Source: Actinomycetota bacterium
GTDB lineage: Bacteria > Actinomycetota > Geothermincolia > Geothermincolales > RBG-13-55-18
Reading direction: 5' to 3'
NCBI GenBank assembly: GCA_028697145.1
Contig: JAQVFR010000003.1
Span: 3,988 to 67,987 of the forward strand
DNA: 64,000 bases
Shown: piece after piece, positions 1 to 10,454 of the stretch
Layout of the letters: the number at the start of each line of letters is the position of its first letter
Position numbering within the stretch: the first letter of the stretch is position 1
The notes under the pieces: generated by a model
What the model was told of the DNA's origin: nothing
The model's input: the letters and a program-made list of their open reading frames with translations, nothing else
Databases searched by the model: none
Position numbers and translations under genes: made by a program

Positions 1-473
1 GAGGTGCGGGTACCGGGGGCATAGACACGCGCCAGGATAATGTAGGATAGCACGAGAAAGGTTATCCCGAAAAGCAGCGCCAGGGGCACGTTGAACCCCA
101 AGTCGAAGAGGTAGTAGCCGAGCAGGCCCCCCGCCGCTATACCAACGAAGAAGGCCAGCAGCGGTATGCCGTATAGGATATAGGCGGCGCGGATGGAAAC
201 GCTCGCCGGCAGGTCCACGACCACACGGTCGCCCTCCTTCGCCCCCGCGCGGTTATCCGCCTCCGCCAGCATGGTTTCCGAGTCCACCAGCACGCAACAG
301 GAGCCGCACCCCTCGCAGAAACGGCTGCGTCGCATAAGCACCTCGGCGACGCCACCGCGCACGGCCACCACCGTGCCCTCCTCGCTCCTCTTGCGGGTAG
401 AGGCGGGGTAATCGAAAAGCTCCGGCTTCTCCGCCGTATGCTCTACATCCCCGTTGCGGTCTTCGTCATCCAT
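1..473 (-). CDS. RseC/MucC-family protein (SoxR-reducing system RseC-like); partial, runs off the left edge of the window
   Basis: Minus-strand translation from the ATG at 473 (RBS GAGGAG upstream) reads MDDEDRNGDV...GTVVAVRGGVAEVLMRRSRFCEGCGSCCVLVD... followed by hydrophobic helices. The CxxC..CC motif after a GxVxxV beta-hairpin is typical of RseC. There is no stop codon before position 1. Confidence 0.5.
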   Translation of the reverse strand, partial: MDDEDRNGDVEHTAEKPELFDYPASTRKRSEEGTVVAVRGGVAEVLMRRSRFCEGCGSCCVLVDSETMLAEADNRAGAKEGDRVVVDLPASVSIRAAYILYGIPLLAFFVGIAAGGLLGYYLFDLGFNVPLALLFGITFLVLSYIILARVYAPGTRT

Positions 474-525
474 GTCCAGTATCTCCTCACAGATCTTATC
501 CCTACCGGCCCTCGCCTGCGCCCCG

Positions 526-3285
526 TCATTTGACGGAGCCGGCATACTTCTCGGGATCCTTATCGAACTCCTCCTCGCAGGCCTGGTTGCAGAAGTACAC
601 CGTCTTGCCCCGGTACTCGGAGGTGGCAGCGGCGTCTTTCTTCCTGATCGTCATCCCGCATACCGGGTCCGTAGCCTTGCCTATCATCTCAGGTCCCTCC
701 TCTCTTTTCACCTCTTCTCGGCGGGCAGCGCCCGCCCGGGCCTTTCCGCCACTCCGCTCCCCGAAACGCTTCAGGCGCAACGAGTTGCTTACCACCGATA
801 CCGAGCTGAAAGCCATTGCCGCGGCGGCGTAGATGGGGTTGAGCAGCATGCCCCATATGGGATAGAGCGCGCCGGCGGCGATGGGGATGCCTATGACGTT
901 GTAGATAAAGGCCCAGAAAAGGTTCTGCTTGATGGTGCGCAGCGTGGCTCGGGACAAATCGATGGCCGTCGCCACCCTGCGCAGGTCGTCGGAGATAAGG
1001 GTGATGTCAGACGTCTCCAGGGCCACGTCCGTCCCGGTACCGATGGCAATACCTATGTCCGCCTGGGCCAGCGCGGGCGCGTCATTGATGCCGTCCCCCA
1101 CCATGGCCACCACCCTGCCCCCGGACTGGATGCGGGCTACCTCCGCGGCCTTATCGGCGGGAAGCACCTCGGCCAGCACGCGGTCGACCCCCACCTGGCG
1201 GGCGACGGCCTCGGCGGTTGAACGGCGGTCGCCGCTGAGCATGACTACCTCCACTCCGAGCTTCTTCAGCTCGCGCACCGCCTCCGGCGCCATGGGCTTC
1301 AGGGTATCGGCCACCGCCACGAAGCCGAGAATTTCGCCTCCCGCCAGGGCGTAGATCACCGTCTTGCCCTCTCGCGCCAGTCCCTCGGCCTTATCCTCCA
1401 GGTCCCCCAGGTCTGCGCCGCTCTCCCGCATGAAGGCGGCGTTGCCCAGCCTCACCTCCCTGCCGTCCATCCCGGCCACGACTCCACGGCCTGGATAAGC
1501 CCGGAAATCACGGGCATCGCCGAGGGCCAGCCCCCTGCTACGCGCCTCCTCCACCAGGGTCTCCGCCAGGGGATGCTCGCTGCCGCGCTCCACCGCGGCG
1601 GCCAGGGCCAGGAGCTCGTCCTCTCCCCCGCCGTCCGCGGCGACTACGTCCGTCACCACCGGCCTGCCCCAGGTGAGGGTGCCGGTCTTGTCGAAGACAA
1701 CCACCTCCAGGCGGCCCGCCGTCTCCAGGACCTCGCCGCCCTTGATGAGGATACCCATCTCCGCCCCCCTGCCCGTGCCCACCATGATTGCCGTGGGGGT
1801 GGCCAGGCCCAGCGCGCACGGGCAGGCGATGACCAGTACCGCTACGAAGTTGATGAGGGCGAAGTTGAACGACGGCTCGGGTCCGGCCAGCAGCCACACC
1901 AGGAAGGTGACGGCGGCGATGGAGATGACCACCGGCACGAACACAGAGGCCACCTTGTCCACCAGGCGCTGGATGGGGGCTTTGCTCCCCTGCGCCTCCT
2001 CCACCAGCCTGACTATCTGGGCCAGAACGGTGTCTCCGCCGACCCGCGTCACCCGGAAGCGGAAAGAACCCGTTCCGTTCACCGTGGCCCCGGTTACCTC
2101 GTCACCCGGCCCTTTCTCCACCGGCAGCGGCTCGCCGCTGAGCATGGACTCGTCCACGGCGCTGCGGCCTTCCTCCACCATGCCATCCACGGGTATCTTC
2201 TCCCCCGGTCGCACGATGACTATATCCCCCACGCGCACCTCGTCGATGGCGATATCCACCTCCTCGCCCTCCCGCAGGACGCGCGCGGTCCGCGCCTGCA
2301 TGTCCATGAGGCGGCGGATGGCCTCAGAAGTGCGCCCCTTGGCGCTGGCCTCGAGGAAACGTCCCAGGAGGATGAGGGCGATGATAGTGGCCGAGGCGTC
2401 GTAATATACCGCCAGCTCCAACCCGGTCCCGCTGATGAAGGAGGGGAAGAAGGTGGCCACCACGCTGTAGAGGTACGCCGCGGTGGTGCCCACGGCGATG
2501 AGGGTGTTCATGTCCGAGGTGCCATGCCGCGCCGCCTTGAAGGCGGCGCGGTAGAAGGTCATGCCCGGCCAGAACTGCACCGGCGTGGCCAAGGCGAAGA
2601 GGACGATGAAGAGGGTGCGCTCGGGGATATCCCGCAGCAGGGGCAGGTGCATGCCACCCATGGAGAGGAACATGATCACCACCGCGGATACGGCGCTGTA
2701 GATGAGCTTGATCCTGAGCATCCTGGTCTCTCTTTCGCGCCGCCTGCGCTCGCGGTCGAGCGTCTCCTCGCCCTCGAGCGTGGCCACCAGACAGTAGCCG
2801 GCCGCGTCTACGGCGCGCGCCATCTTATCGAAGGAAACCAGCTCCGGATCGTAGGTCACCGTCGCCCGTTCCGTTGCCAGGTTGACGTCGGCTGCCGCCA
2901 CTCCCTCTACGCCCGAGAGGGCCTTCTCGACCCTCGCCACGCAGGAGGCGCAGGTCATCCCTTCCACGGCGTACGTCGCCTTCTCAAGGCCGGCCCTGTA
3001 TCCCAGGTCCTCGATGACGCCGGCGATGTCCTCCATGCCTGTCTCGCCCGCGCGGAACGAGACAGTGGCCTTCCCGGACGCCAGGTTAACGCTCGCGCTT
3101 TCCACCCCGGGCATCCCCCGCAGCGCCTTCTCAACCTTGGTGGCGCAGGTGGCGCAGGTCATGCCGCCTACGTTTATCACCCTTCTCGTGACGTCCTTGT
3201 CTTCTTCGCTCCCGATATCCGCCATCTCCATCAGCTCCCGTCCGCGAAGACCGCTAGTGCCCGTGACCTCCGCGGCAAGTTTCAA
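526..3285 (-). CDS. copA: Copper/heavy-metal translocating P-type ATPase with two N-terminal HMA domains and a C-terminal YHS/TRASH domain
   Basis: Two GMTCA(T/S)C metal-binding motifs, a CPC transmembrane motif ([10 protein letters not shown]), the DKTGTLT phosphorylation site and GDGINDAP. The C-terminus has PVCGM...C..C (YHS/TRASH-like). Start is either TTG at 3285 or an internal ATG near 3231. Confidence 0.92.
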   Translation of the reverse strand: MKLAAEVTGTSGLRGRELMEMADIGSEEDKDVTRRVINVGGMTCATCATKVEKALRGMPGVESASVNLASGKATVSFRAGETGMEDIAGVIEDLGYRAGLEKATYAVEGMTCASCVARVEKALSGVEGVAAADVNLATERATVTYDPELVSFDKMARAVDAAGYCLVATLEGEETLDRERRRRERETRMLRIKLIYSAVSAVVIMFLSMGGMHLPLLRDIPERTLFIVLFALATPVQFWPGMTFYRAAFKAARHGTSDMNTLIAVGTTAAYLYSVVATFFPSFISGTGLELAVYYDASATIIALILLGRFLEASAKGRTSEAIRRLMDMQARTARVLREGEEVDIAIDEVRVGDIVIVRPGEKIPVDGMVEEGRSAVDESMLSGEPLPVEKGPGDEVTGATVNGTGSFRFRVTRVGGDTVLAQIVRLVEEAQGSKAPIQRLVDKVASVFVPVVISIAAVTFLVWLLAGPEPSFNFALINFVAVLVIACPCALGLATPTAIMVGTGRGAEMGILIKGGEVLETAGRLEVVVFDKTGTLTWGRPVVTDVVAADGGGEDELLALAAAVERGSEHPLAETLVEEARSRGLALGDARDFRAYPGRGVVAGMDGREVRLGNAAFMRESGADLGDLEDKAEGLAREGKTVIYALAGGEILGFVAVADTLKPMAPEAVRELKKLGVEVVMLSGDRRSTAEAVARQVGVDRVLAEVLPADKAAEVARIQSGGRVVAMVGDGINDAPALAQADIGIAIGTGTDVALETSDITLISDDLRRVATAIDLSRATLRTIKQNLFWAFIYNVIGIPIAAGALYPIWGMLLNPIYAAAAMAFSSVSVVSNSLRLKRFGERSGGKARAGAARREEVKREEGPEMIGKATDPVCGMTIRKKDAAATSEYRGKTVYFCNQACEEEFDKDPEKYAGSVK

Positions 3286-3488
3286 CTATATTCTTCCCCT
3301 TCACCCGCGAATACGTCACCCGGAAACCGCATCCTGTCAATCCTTGCCGCCTCCTTCCTAAATTATGGAATCAGCGCAACGGAGTCACCATGAGCAAGCT
3401 CATCACATCCCGCCCGCGCTAAGACTCCCGCGGGGTTCCGGGCATGGTTTCACGGCAACCCCGCGGAGAGTTGGAGTAAAATGCCGGT

Positions 3489-4619
3489 ATGGGCGAAGAA
3501 AACCTCGAGGAGCAGCGGCGGTCCCTTGACCGCTCCAGGCTGCGGCGCGGCTTCATACTGGCGGTGTCCCTCTCCGCCGCTACCCTCGTGATCATCTCCC
3601 TGGTCACCCTGGATCGTGAGACCTTCAGCGCCCTCTCCAACCTCTCGCCCGGCTTCCTCGTCCTGGCCGCGGGCCTCTCCCTGGGCAGGTGGCTGTGGTC
3701 GATTGTGCGCATGCGCCTGCTGATTAGATGTGCCGGCAGGGACGTCCCCGTGCGCAACATAGTGAAGACGGTCTACGCCGGGTACTTCACCGGCCTCGTC
3801 ACCCCCCTGCGCGCGGGCGGTGTCACCGGGGAGATGTTCTTCCTATACGAATATGGGCTGGGCGCGGGCGAGGCTGTGGCCGTGGTCTCCTTCGGCGCCT
3901 GCATCTCCACGGCTCTGCTCCTGCTGCTCTTCCCCTTCGCCATCTGGATAGCCCGGAGCTTTATAGACCTGTCCATTACCATCCAGGGAGTCCTCTTCTC
4001 CGCTCTGGCCATAGGGCTTCTCTACCTGGCCCTGGTACTGTGGGCCATCCTGAGGCCCCATGCCACGGTGGAGAAGACCCTGATCGGATACTCACCCGCC
4101 TTTCTGCGCAGGCGTTCCTGGTACCGCCGCTTCCTCGCGCGCCTCTCCGCCGAGATACAGGCGTTCGCGGGATCCCTGCGGCAGCTGGCGAAGATAGGCG
4201 TGAGGAAACTGGCTTTAGTGGTCGTCCTGACCATGCTCTACTGGTTCACGGGTTTTATGGCCATCCCCGCGGCCGTCGTCGGCCTTGGTTACGGCTCGTA
4301 TTTCTGGCAGGCCGTGGTGGCGCAGCTGGTGGTGCACATCCTCATGCCCTTCGTGCCCACTCCCGGGGGCAGCGGCATCGGCGAAGTCGGCTTCCTCTAC
4401 GTCTACAAGAGCATCCTTCCCGACGTAGGCGTGGCGGGCCTGCTCACCCTCATCTGGCGTTTCATCGATTTCTATCTCGGTCTCCTGGTGGGAGGAGCGG
4501 CCTTCATCCTCATCATGCGGGACATCGGCCGCTCGCCCCGGCGAGAATCCGACGAAGCGGCAGGCGGGGTGGAGGGAGAAGCCGTTGAGATGCAGGCTCC
4601 GCCGCGCGGAAAGACATGA
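3489..4619 (+). CDS. Polytopic membrane protein, lysylphosphatidylglycerol-synthase transmembrane-region/flippase-like family (UPF0104)
   Basis: 376 aa with about eight hydrophobic helices and a PxxPGGxGxxE motif near the C-terminal helices (PFVPTPGGSGIGEVGF), as in the LPG_synthase_TM family. Family assignment is from memory. Confidence 0.45.
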   Translation: MGEENLEEQRRSLDRSRLRRGFILAVSLSAATLVIISLVTLDRETFSALSNLSPGFLVLAAGLSLGRWLWSIVRMRLLIRCAGRDVPVRNIVKTVYAGYFTGLVTPLRAGGVTGEMFFLYEYGLGAGEAVAVVSFGACISTALLLLLFPFAIWIARSFIDLSITIQGVLFSALAIGLLYLALVLWAILRPHATVEKTLIGYSPAFLRRRSWYRRFLARLSAEIQAFAGSLRQLAKIGVRKLALVVVLTMLYWFTGFMAIPAAVVGLGYGSYFWQAVVAQLVVHILMPFVPTPGGSGIGEVGFLYVYKSILPDVGVAGLLTLIWRFIDFYLGLLVGGAAFILIMRDIGRSPRRESDEAAGGVEGEAVEMQAPPRGKT

Positions 4620-4714
4620 GCGGATGCGCAGCACCTCCACTGATATAATCAAGACGTGTCCAGGCGCGGCGGTCACGCGGCCGCCGCGATACCATCGGGA
4701 TGAAAGGAGTTCGC

Positions 4715-5530
4715 ATGTTCGGACCGGGTGATCCCACGGCGATCATCGGCGAGAGGATAAATCCCACCGGACGCGCCAGGCTGGCCGAGGAGCTGCGCGA
4801 GGGGAAGTTGGACAAGGCGCTCTCCGACGCGGCCGCCCAGGCGCAGGCTGGAGCGGACTATATAGACGTCAACGTGGGCGCGCCCGGCGTGGACGAGACG
4901 GTTCTGCTGCCCCGCCTGGTTAAGGCGGTGGCGGAGGAAACGGGCCTGCCCGTGTGCGTCGACTCCGCCGATCCCGACGCCCTGGCCGCGGCCCTGGCCG
5001 TATACGGGGTGCCTGAAGCCATCGTCAACTCCGTCACCGCGGACGACGAGAGCATGGACGCCGTCCTGCCCCTGGTGGGCAAAGCGGGGTGTTACGTCAT
5101 CGCCATGACCAAGGACATGGGCGGTATACCCGCCACCGCGGAGGAGCGCCTGGCCCGGGCGGAGCGCATAGTCGAGCGCGCCTCGGCCCATAGCATCCCG
5201 CCCGGGCGCATCCTCGTGGACTGCCTTACCATCCCCGCCGCCACCGAAACCAACGCGGCCGCCGTGACCCTGCGCTCCATTTCCCTCATCCGCGAGATGC
5301 TGGGCTGCCCGGTGGTCCTGGGCGCCTCTAACATCAGCTTCGGCATGCCCGAGCGGGCGGTCATCAACTCCGCCTTCCTCTGCCTCGCCATAGAGGCGGG
5401 GATGTCGGCGGCCATCGTCAACCCACTGGAACCGGGCCTGGTCCTCTCCATGCGCGCCGCCGATTTCCTCCTGGGCAAGGACCGCATGGGGCGCGCTTAC
5501 CTGAAATACTACCGGGCCCACAAGGCGTGA
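4715..5530 (+). CDS. Pterin-binding methyltransferase (methyl-H4folate/H4MPT:corrinoid methyltransferase, AcsE/MtrH-like)
   Basis: IGERINPTG motif at the N-terminus and a DHPS-like TIM-barrel signature. The RBS GAAAGGAG sits 5 nt before the ATG at 4715 (the ORF-track start 4700 lies upstream in frame). A TATAAT box is at about 4645. Confidence 0.75.
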   Translation: MFGPGDPTAIIGERINPTGRARLAEELREGKLDKALSDAAAQAQAGADYIDVNVGAPGVDETVLLPRLVKAVAEETGLPVCVDSADPDALAAALAVYGVPEAIVNSVTADDESMDAVLPLVGKAGCYVIAMTKDMGGIPATAEERLARAERIVERASAHSIPPGRILVDCLTIPAATETNAAAVTLRSISLIREMLGCPVVLGASNISFGMPERAVINSAFLCLAIEAGMSAAIVNPLEPGLVLSMRAADFLLGKDRMGRAYLKYYRAHKA

Positions 5531-5543
5531 CAAGAGAGGCAGC

Positions 5544-7421
5544 ATGGAATACGACATAACCGTGCAGCCCGGCGGGACGCGGTTCACCTGTCCGAGCGAC
5601 GAGGACCTCCTCACCGCACTGCACGGAGCCGGTATAAACGTGGAGAGTGTTTGCGGGGGCATGGGCACCTGCGGCAAGTGCCGTGTCCGCATCCTGGAGG
5701 GAAAGGTGACGGACCCAACCCTCGAGGAGGAGGACCATCTCTCCGAAGAGCAGCTCGACGGGGGCGAGAGGCTGGCCTGCCAGGTCTTCCCGGAGAGCGA
5801 CCTGGTCATCGAGTTGCCCGATTCCTCCCTGGCAACGGGAGAGAGGCTCCAGCTCGCTTGCGAGCTGGAGGTCGGGGGATTCGATCCGGCCGTCCGCTTC
5901 CACGACCTCGAGGTGGAGATACCCGCCTCACCGGGCGACCACGGCTCCGACCTCCTGCGCCTGCGCGATGCCCTGGGGTCATCGCACCCGGGAGTACGGC
6001 TCGAGGGCGCTGACCTGGAGGGATTGCGCACGCTCCCTACCTTGCTGCGCGAGGAAGGAGGGAACGTACGGGCGGTGACCCGCGCCGGCAAGCTGCTCGG
6101 CCTTCTTCCGAGAGCGCGGAACCCCTTGGGGCTCGCGGTGGACCTGGGGAGCACCAAGGTCGCTCTCTTCCTCTGCGACCTCGCGGAAGGGCGCGTGCTC
6201 GCGAGTCATGGTTTCCTCAACCCCCAGATTCGGCACGGGGAGGACATCGTCACCCGCATACAGTACGCGATGGACAGGGATGCGGCCCGCCTGGGTCAGT
6301 TGGTGGTGGAGGCAATAAACGACAACCTGGACGTGATCAGCGCCGACGCTGGTCTCGGCCGTGAAGACATCTTCGAGATGGTGTTGGTGGGGAACACCGC
6401 CATGCACCACCTCTTCCTCGCGCTGCCGGTAACCCAGCTCGCCATGAGCCCCTACCTCCCGGCCACCGACCTTCCCCTGGAGGTCAAGGCCAGGGACCTG
6501 GGTCTGCAACTCAATCCCGCGGCCGTGGTCTACCTGCCGCCGCCCATCGCCGGCTACGTGGGTTCCGACCACCTGGCGGCGGTGGCCGCCGCGCGCCTTT
6601 GGGAACGTCCGGAACCTTGCCTGCTCCTGGACATCGGCACCAACACCGAGGTCGCCCTGCACGCCGGGGGACGCATGCGCACGTGCTCCTGTGCCTCCGG
6701 TCCCGCCTTCGAGGGTGGGGGCCTGAGCCAGGGGATGCGTGCCGGAGACGGGGCAATCGCCAGGGTATCCGTCGATCCCGCTGCGGGCGGGCTCCGGCTC
6801 TCGGTCATCGGGGACGCAACTGCGAAGGGGATCTGCGGTTCGGGCATCCTCTCGGCGCTCGCCGCCATGGTGGAGACGGGAGCCGTTGACACATCCGGCC
6901 GCATGCGGGAGGACGGTCCCGGTGTGGAACGCCGCGGCGAGGAACTCCTTTTTTACCTCGCCCCCCCGGACTCAGGCAATCCCGAAGGGGTTGCGATCAC
7001 CCAGAACGACGTCCGCGAGATACAGAAGGCGAAGGGCGCCATAAGGGCCGGCGTGGACGCCCTCCTTGCCGAGGCGGGCATAGGCCACGGGGACCTGAAG
7101 GAGGTCGTCCTCGCCGGTGCATTCGGCACCTTTATCGACCCTGCCGACGCCCTCGCCATAGCGCTGCTTCCGCCCGTCCCCACGGGCCTGGTCAACCAGG
7201 TGGGAAACGCCGCCGGAGCCGGTGCGCGTGGCATGCTCTTCTCCGCCGGCGCGCGCGCCGAGGCAGAGGAGGTCGCCCGACGCCTGGAATACCTGGAGCT
7301 TTCCGCCTACCCCGGGCTGAGCAAGCTCTTCGCGGCCGGCATGTACCTGTCGCAGGAGACGGTGCGCGGGGCCAAGGGCCGCTTCGGCCTCCAGGCTCCT
7401 CCGGCCTCAGGACCGGACTGA
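5544..7421 (+). CDS. RACo-like reductive activator of corrinoid proteins (N-terminal [2Fe-2S] ferredoxin plus ASKHA/DUF4445 ATPase domain)
   Basis: The N-terminus carries a plant-type ferredoxin motif C-x4-C-x2-C...C (CGGMGTCGKCRV...LACQ). The C-terminal 450 aa is an ASKHA-type fold (DLGSTKVALF..., IGTNTEV). The 625-aa length matches the RACo family. Confidence 0.8.
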   Translation: MEYDITVQPGGTRFTCPSDEDLLTALHGAGINVESVCGGMGTCGKCRVRILEGKVTDPTLEEEDHLSEEQLDGGERLACQVFPESDLVIELPDSSLATGERLQLACELEVGGFDPAVRFHDLEVEIPASPGDHGSDLLRLRDALGSSHPGVRLEGADLEGLRTLPTLLREEGGNVRAVTRAGKLLGLLPRARNPLGLAVDLGSTKVALFLCDLAEGRVLASHGFLNPQIRHGEDIVTRIQYAMDRDAARLGQLVVEAINDNLDVISADAGLGREDIFEMVLVGNTAMHHLFLALPVTQLAMSPYLPATDLPLEVKARDLGLQLNPAAVVYLPPPIAGYVGSDHLAAVAAARLWERPEPCLLLDIGTNTEVALHAGGRMRTCSCASGPAFEGGGLSQGMRAGDGAIARVSVDPAAGGLRLSVIGDATAKGICGSGILSALAAMVETGAVDTSGRMREDGPGVERRGEELLFYLAPPDSGNPEGVAITQNDVREIQKAKGAIRAGVDALLAEAGIGHGDLKEVVLAGAFGTFIDPADALAIALLPPVPTGLVNQVGNAAGAGARGMLFSAGARAEAEEVARRLEYLELSAYPGLSKLFAAGMYLSQETVRGAKGRFGLQAPPASGPD

Positions 7422-7429
7422 TCAGGGCT

Positions 7430-8662
7430 TCATTCGCCGACGATGGCTTCGCCTGCCACCAAGGCCAGGAAGTCGTTGGAGCCGTCCTCGATCATGCCCG
7501 CGCGGGCGTCGCGGAAGAGCTTCTCTATGGCCGATTCCTTGGAAAGCCCGAATCCTCCCATGAGCTGCACCGCCTCACTGGCCACCTCGAAGGCGGCCTG
7601 GGTGCAGAAGATCTTGGAGGCGATGGAGTACTGCGTGAAGGGCGGATTGGTGTTGAAGTTGAACTCCACGACCGCACGGGAGAATGCCCGGCAGGCCTCC
7701 ACCTGCTTGAACATATGGAAGAGCTTGTAGCGCACCAGCTGGTGCTCTATGAGCTTCTTCCCGCCCTGCACCCGCTGCTTGCAATAGGCCAGCGCCTCCT
7801 CGTAACAGGCGCGCGCCACGCCGGTGAAAAATGCCCCCATGCAGGCGTTGGCAGTGCTGACGGTGATGTCGAGGATGGCCTCGTAGCTCTCTTCGTCGAT
7901 GATCATGTACTCCTTGGGCACCCTCACGTTGTCGAAATAGATCTCGCCCTGGTTCAGAGCGCGCTGGCCCAGTTTGTCCCATGGTTTGCCACGGGTCACG
8001 CCGGGCAGGTCAAGCGGGATGACGCAGATGCCGCCGCCGGCCATGCCCATTTCCGGCTCGATGGTGAGATAGGCGCACGCGTGGGTGGCGATGGTGCCGT
8101 TGGAGACCCAGGCGGCCTTGGTGCCGTTGATGACGTAGTCGTCCCCGTCCAGGGTGGCGCGGCAGGCGGTCCTGGCGATCTCCGGGTCGGAGAACTGTTC
8201 GGTGAAAGGCCCAAGAGTATCGGAGCCGTGGTCGGGCTCGGTGATGGCCCAGCAGCCGATGATCTTGGCCTCCTCGTCCTCGCAGAAGGGTATGATGATG
8301 TTATCGATGAGGAACTCGGTGGGCACCATGCTGGCGATGAAGGCCGGGAAACAGGCCACGCCGAAGGCGATCATGAAATCGACGCTCCCCCAGGATATCT
8401 CCTCGAAGAGCATGTGTACCTCCAGGGGCGAAAAGCCTCCTCCGCCGTAGATCTCCGGCAGGAGTATCTTGTGCATGCCTATCTTGTAGCCCTTCCTGAG
8501 CACGTCCCAGTAGATGTCCTCCCTGGCGATGACGTCCTCGGGCGTCAACTTGTCCAGCTCCAGGCTGGCGGGGCGCAGCACCTCTGCAGCGAAGGTGTGC
8601 ACCATATCCCGGTTCATCCTCTGCACCTTGGTGAGGCCTAGGTTGAGGTCAACATAACCCAC
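7430..8662 (-). CDS. Acyl-CoA dehydrogenase family protein
   Basis: ACAD-like middle and C-terminal domains (GCWAITEPDHGSD, GGFG..E..IEKLFRDAR). The ORF extends to 8731; a GTG at 8662 preceded by AAGGGGGA is the preferred start but is uncertain. Confidence 0.75.
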   Translation of the reverse strand: MGYVDLNLGLTKVQRMNRDMVHTFAAEVLRPASLELDKLTPEDVIAREDIYWDVLRKGYKIGMHKILLPEIYGGGGFSPLEVHMLFEEISWGSVDFMIAFGVACFPAFIASMVPTEFLIDNIIIPFCEDEEAKIIGCWAITEPDHGSDTLGPFTEQFSDPEIARTACRATLDGDDYVINGTKAAWVSNGTIATHACAYLTIEPEMGMAGGGICVIPLDLPGVTRGKPWDKLGQRALNQGEIYFDNVRVPKEYMIIDEESYEAILDITVSTANACMGAFFTGVARACYEEALAYCKQRVQGGKKLIEHQLVRYKLFHMFKQVEACRAFSRAVVEFNFNTNPPFTQYSIASKIFCTQAAFEVASEAVQLMGGFGLSKESAIEKLFRDARAGMIEDGSNDFLALVAGEAIVGE

Positions 8663-8802
8663 GACGGTATCCCCCTTTTTTCGGTGCCAGGTCTCGGTTA
8701 ACGAGTTACCTGGCAATGATTCCCATACCATTCGGTTCTTTACGTACCCCGGAACAGCCCCTGTATACTTCCGGGATTAACAACGAACAAGACCTGACCC
8801 AC

Positions 8803-10416
8803 TTACGAGTAGTCCTCCAACTTAAACACGTTATCGGCGCCTTCTGAGAACTCGTCCTTGAGCACGCGGTCGAGATGCTTCTCCGAAGCGCTCTTGGGGA
8901 TCTCGTTCACCACTTGGATGTAAGAGGGCACCGAGTTCGGCTCCAGCCCGTCCTTCGCCGTCTGGAACACCGAGGCGGGATCTATGGCCTTGCCCTCGAA
9001 GGGCGCGACCGCAGCGACCAGGTCGCTCTCGCCCGGCGCCCCCGAGGCGGCGGGTATGCCGTAGACGCAGACCTCGGAGATGTCGGGGTGCTCGCCGATG
9101 ACCTTCTCCACGTAGGTGGGGATGATGAAGTCCCCCGCCCGCCTCAGGCCGCCGCCCTCCTTGCGGTAGTCGAAGTACAACCACCCCTCCTCGTCCTTGT
9201 GCACCATGTCGCCGGTGCGCAACCAGCCCCCGCGGGTCTTGTCCTGCGAGTCCTTCTCCCTGCCGTAGTACTCCACCTCGGGCTTGACGTTCACGGCCCG
9301 CATGAGCAGCTCGCCGGTGACCCCGGGCGACACCTCGTTGTCGTTCTCGTCCACGACGATGGCCTCCTGTATGCCCTCCAGGGGCTTGCCGAAAGAGCCG
9401 ATGGGCCCCACGCCGATGGGATTGTAGGCGAAGCCGCCCTCCACCGCCCCGTACCACTCCAGGATCTTAACCCCGAACCTCTTCTCGAAGGGCTCCCAGA
9501 TGGGCGCGGGAGTGCCGGCGCTGATGACCACCTCCACGGGATTGTCGGCATCGTCGGGCTTGGGAGGCTCGTTGTAGATGCCCGCCATCATCCCGCCCAG
9601 CAGGGAGAAAGTGGTGCATCCGTACTTGCGGCAGATGTCCCAGATGCGGCTCTTGGTAAAACGCTGGCTGATCACCCCCAGTATGCCCATGGACAGCGCG
9701 GGCAGCAGGCTGATGGCCAGGGCGTTGCCGTGGGTGAGGGACAGGCCGGTGTAGATGACCGTCTCCGGCGTGTACTTCCAGATGAGGGTGGGGGCCAGTT
9801 GCGCGAACATGGCGGTGCGGGTGGACTTGATCACCACCCCCTTGGGATTGCCCGTCACCCCCGAGGTATAAATGATGGCCATGGGCAGGTTGGGGTCGTC
9901 TATCCTCCCCTCCACCTCGAAGACGTCCGGCCCGGCCAGTATCTCGTTTATGGTGGGGTACTTTTTCGCGAGGTCGGGGTCGGCGTCCGGCTTGAGGTTG
10001 AGCCAGATCCTCTCGATCCCCGGTATGTTTTTAACCACGCTCTCCACCTCGGGAAGGAGGTCGGCGGTGGTGATGATCCCCTTCGCCTTGCAGTCCTGCA
10101 GCATATACCCGAGCTTCTCCCCCTTGGTGCGCGGGTCGATGGGCACCGCGATCATCCCCAGCAGCGTGGCGGCACCCGTGGTGAAGACGGACTCGGGGTG
10201 GTTGCGCATAAGGGTGGCCACCGCGTCGCCCTTGCGGAGGCCGAATTCTCTGTACGCCCTGGCCATCTTGAAGGTACTGGCGGCTATCTCCCTGTAAGTA
10301 AGGGGTTCATCCGGATAGAGGCCGCCGTTCTCGAAGATCAGCCCCACCTTGTCCGGGTTCTCCTCCAGCCTCATCTCGATCATGTTGGACATCAACGCCG
10401 GGTTCTTCTCTCCCAT
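8803..10416 (-). CDS. AMP-dependent synthetase/ligase (acyl-CoA synthetase)
   Basis: AMP-binding motif YTSGVTGNPKGV plus TGD...DGW. The ATG at 10416 has the RBS GAAAGG 9 nt upstream. The ORF-track start at 10425 is a GTG directly abutting that RBS, so the ATG is more likely. Confidence 0.85.
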   Translation of the reverse strand: MGEKNPALMSNMIEMRLEENPDKVGLIFENGGLYPDEPLTYREIAASTFKMARAYREFGLRKGDAVATLMRNHPESVFTTGAATLLGMIAVPIDPRTKGEKLGYMLQDCKAKGIITTADLLPEVESVVKNIPGIERIWLNLKPDADPDLAKKYPTINEILAGPDVFEVEGRIDDPNLPMAIIYTSGVTGNPKGVVIKSTRTAMFAQLAPTLIWKYTPETVIYTGLSLTHGNALAISLLPALSMGILGVISQRFTKSRIWDICRKYGCTTFSLLGGMMAGIYNEPPKPDDADNPVEVVISAGTPAPIWEPFEKRFGVKILEWYGAVEGGFAYNPIGVGPIGSFGKPLEGIQEAIVVDENDNEVSPGVTGELLMRAVNVKPEVEYYGREKDSQDKTRGGWLRTGDMVHKDEEGWLYFDYRKEGGGLRRAGDFIIPTYVEKVIGEHPDISEVCVYGIPAASGAPGESDLVAAVAPFEGKAIDPASVFQTAKDGLEPNSVPSYIQVVNEIPKSASEKHLDRVLKDEFSEGADNVFKLEDYS

Positions 10417-10454
10417 GCATATCACCCTTTCAATGCGTCATGCGGCTTCCGCCC

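Noticed and set aside
1573-3393. 606-aa plus-strand ORF and other long ORFs (1673..2404, 929..1354, 454..1221) antisense to copA
   Set aside because: These are antisense shadow ORFs of a strongly supported P-type ATPase, and their translations are Gly/Arg/His-rich junk.
4673-6157. 494-aa minus-strand ORF antisense to the methyltransferase and RACo genes
   Set aside because: Shadow ORF; the translation is Ser/Arg/Pro-rich with no motifs.
8732-8802. Third copy of the TetR operator upstream of the 7430..8662 ACAD (CCCATACCATTCGGT...GTACC)
   Set aside because: Only a partial half-site resemblance to ATACC-NN-GGTAT. Too degenerate to call without a scoring matrix.
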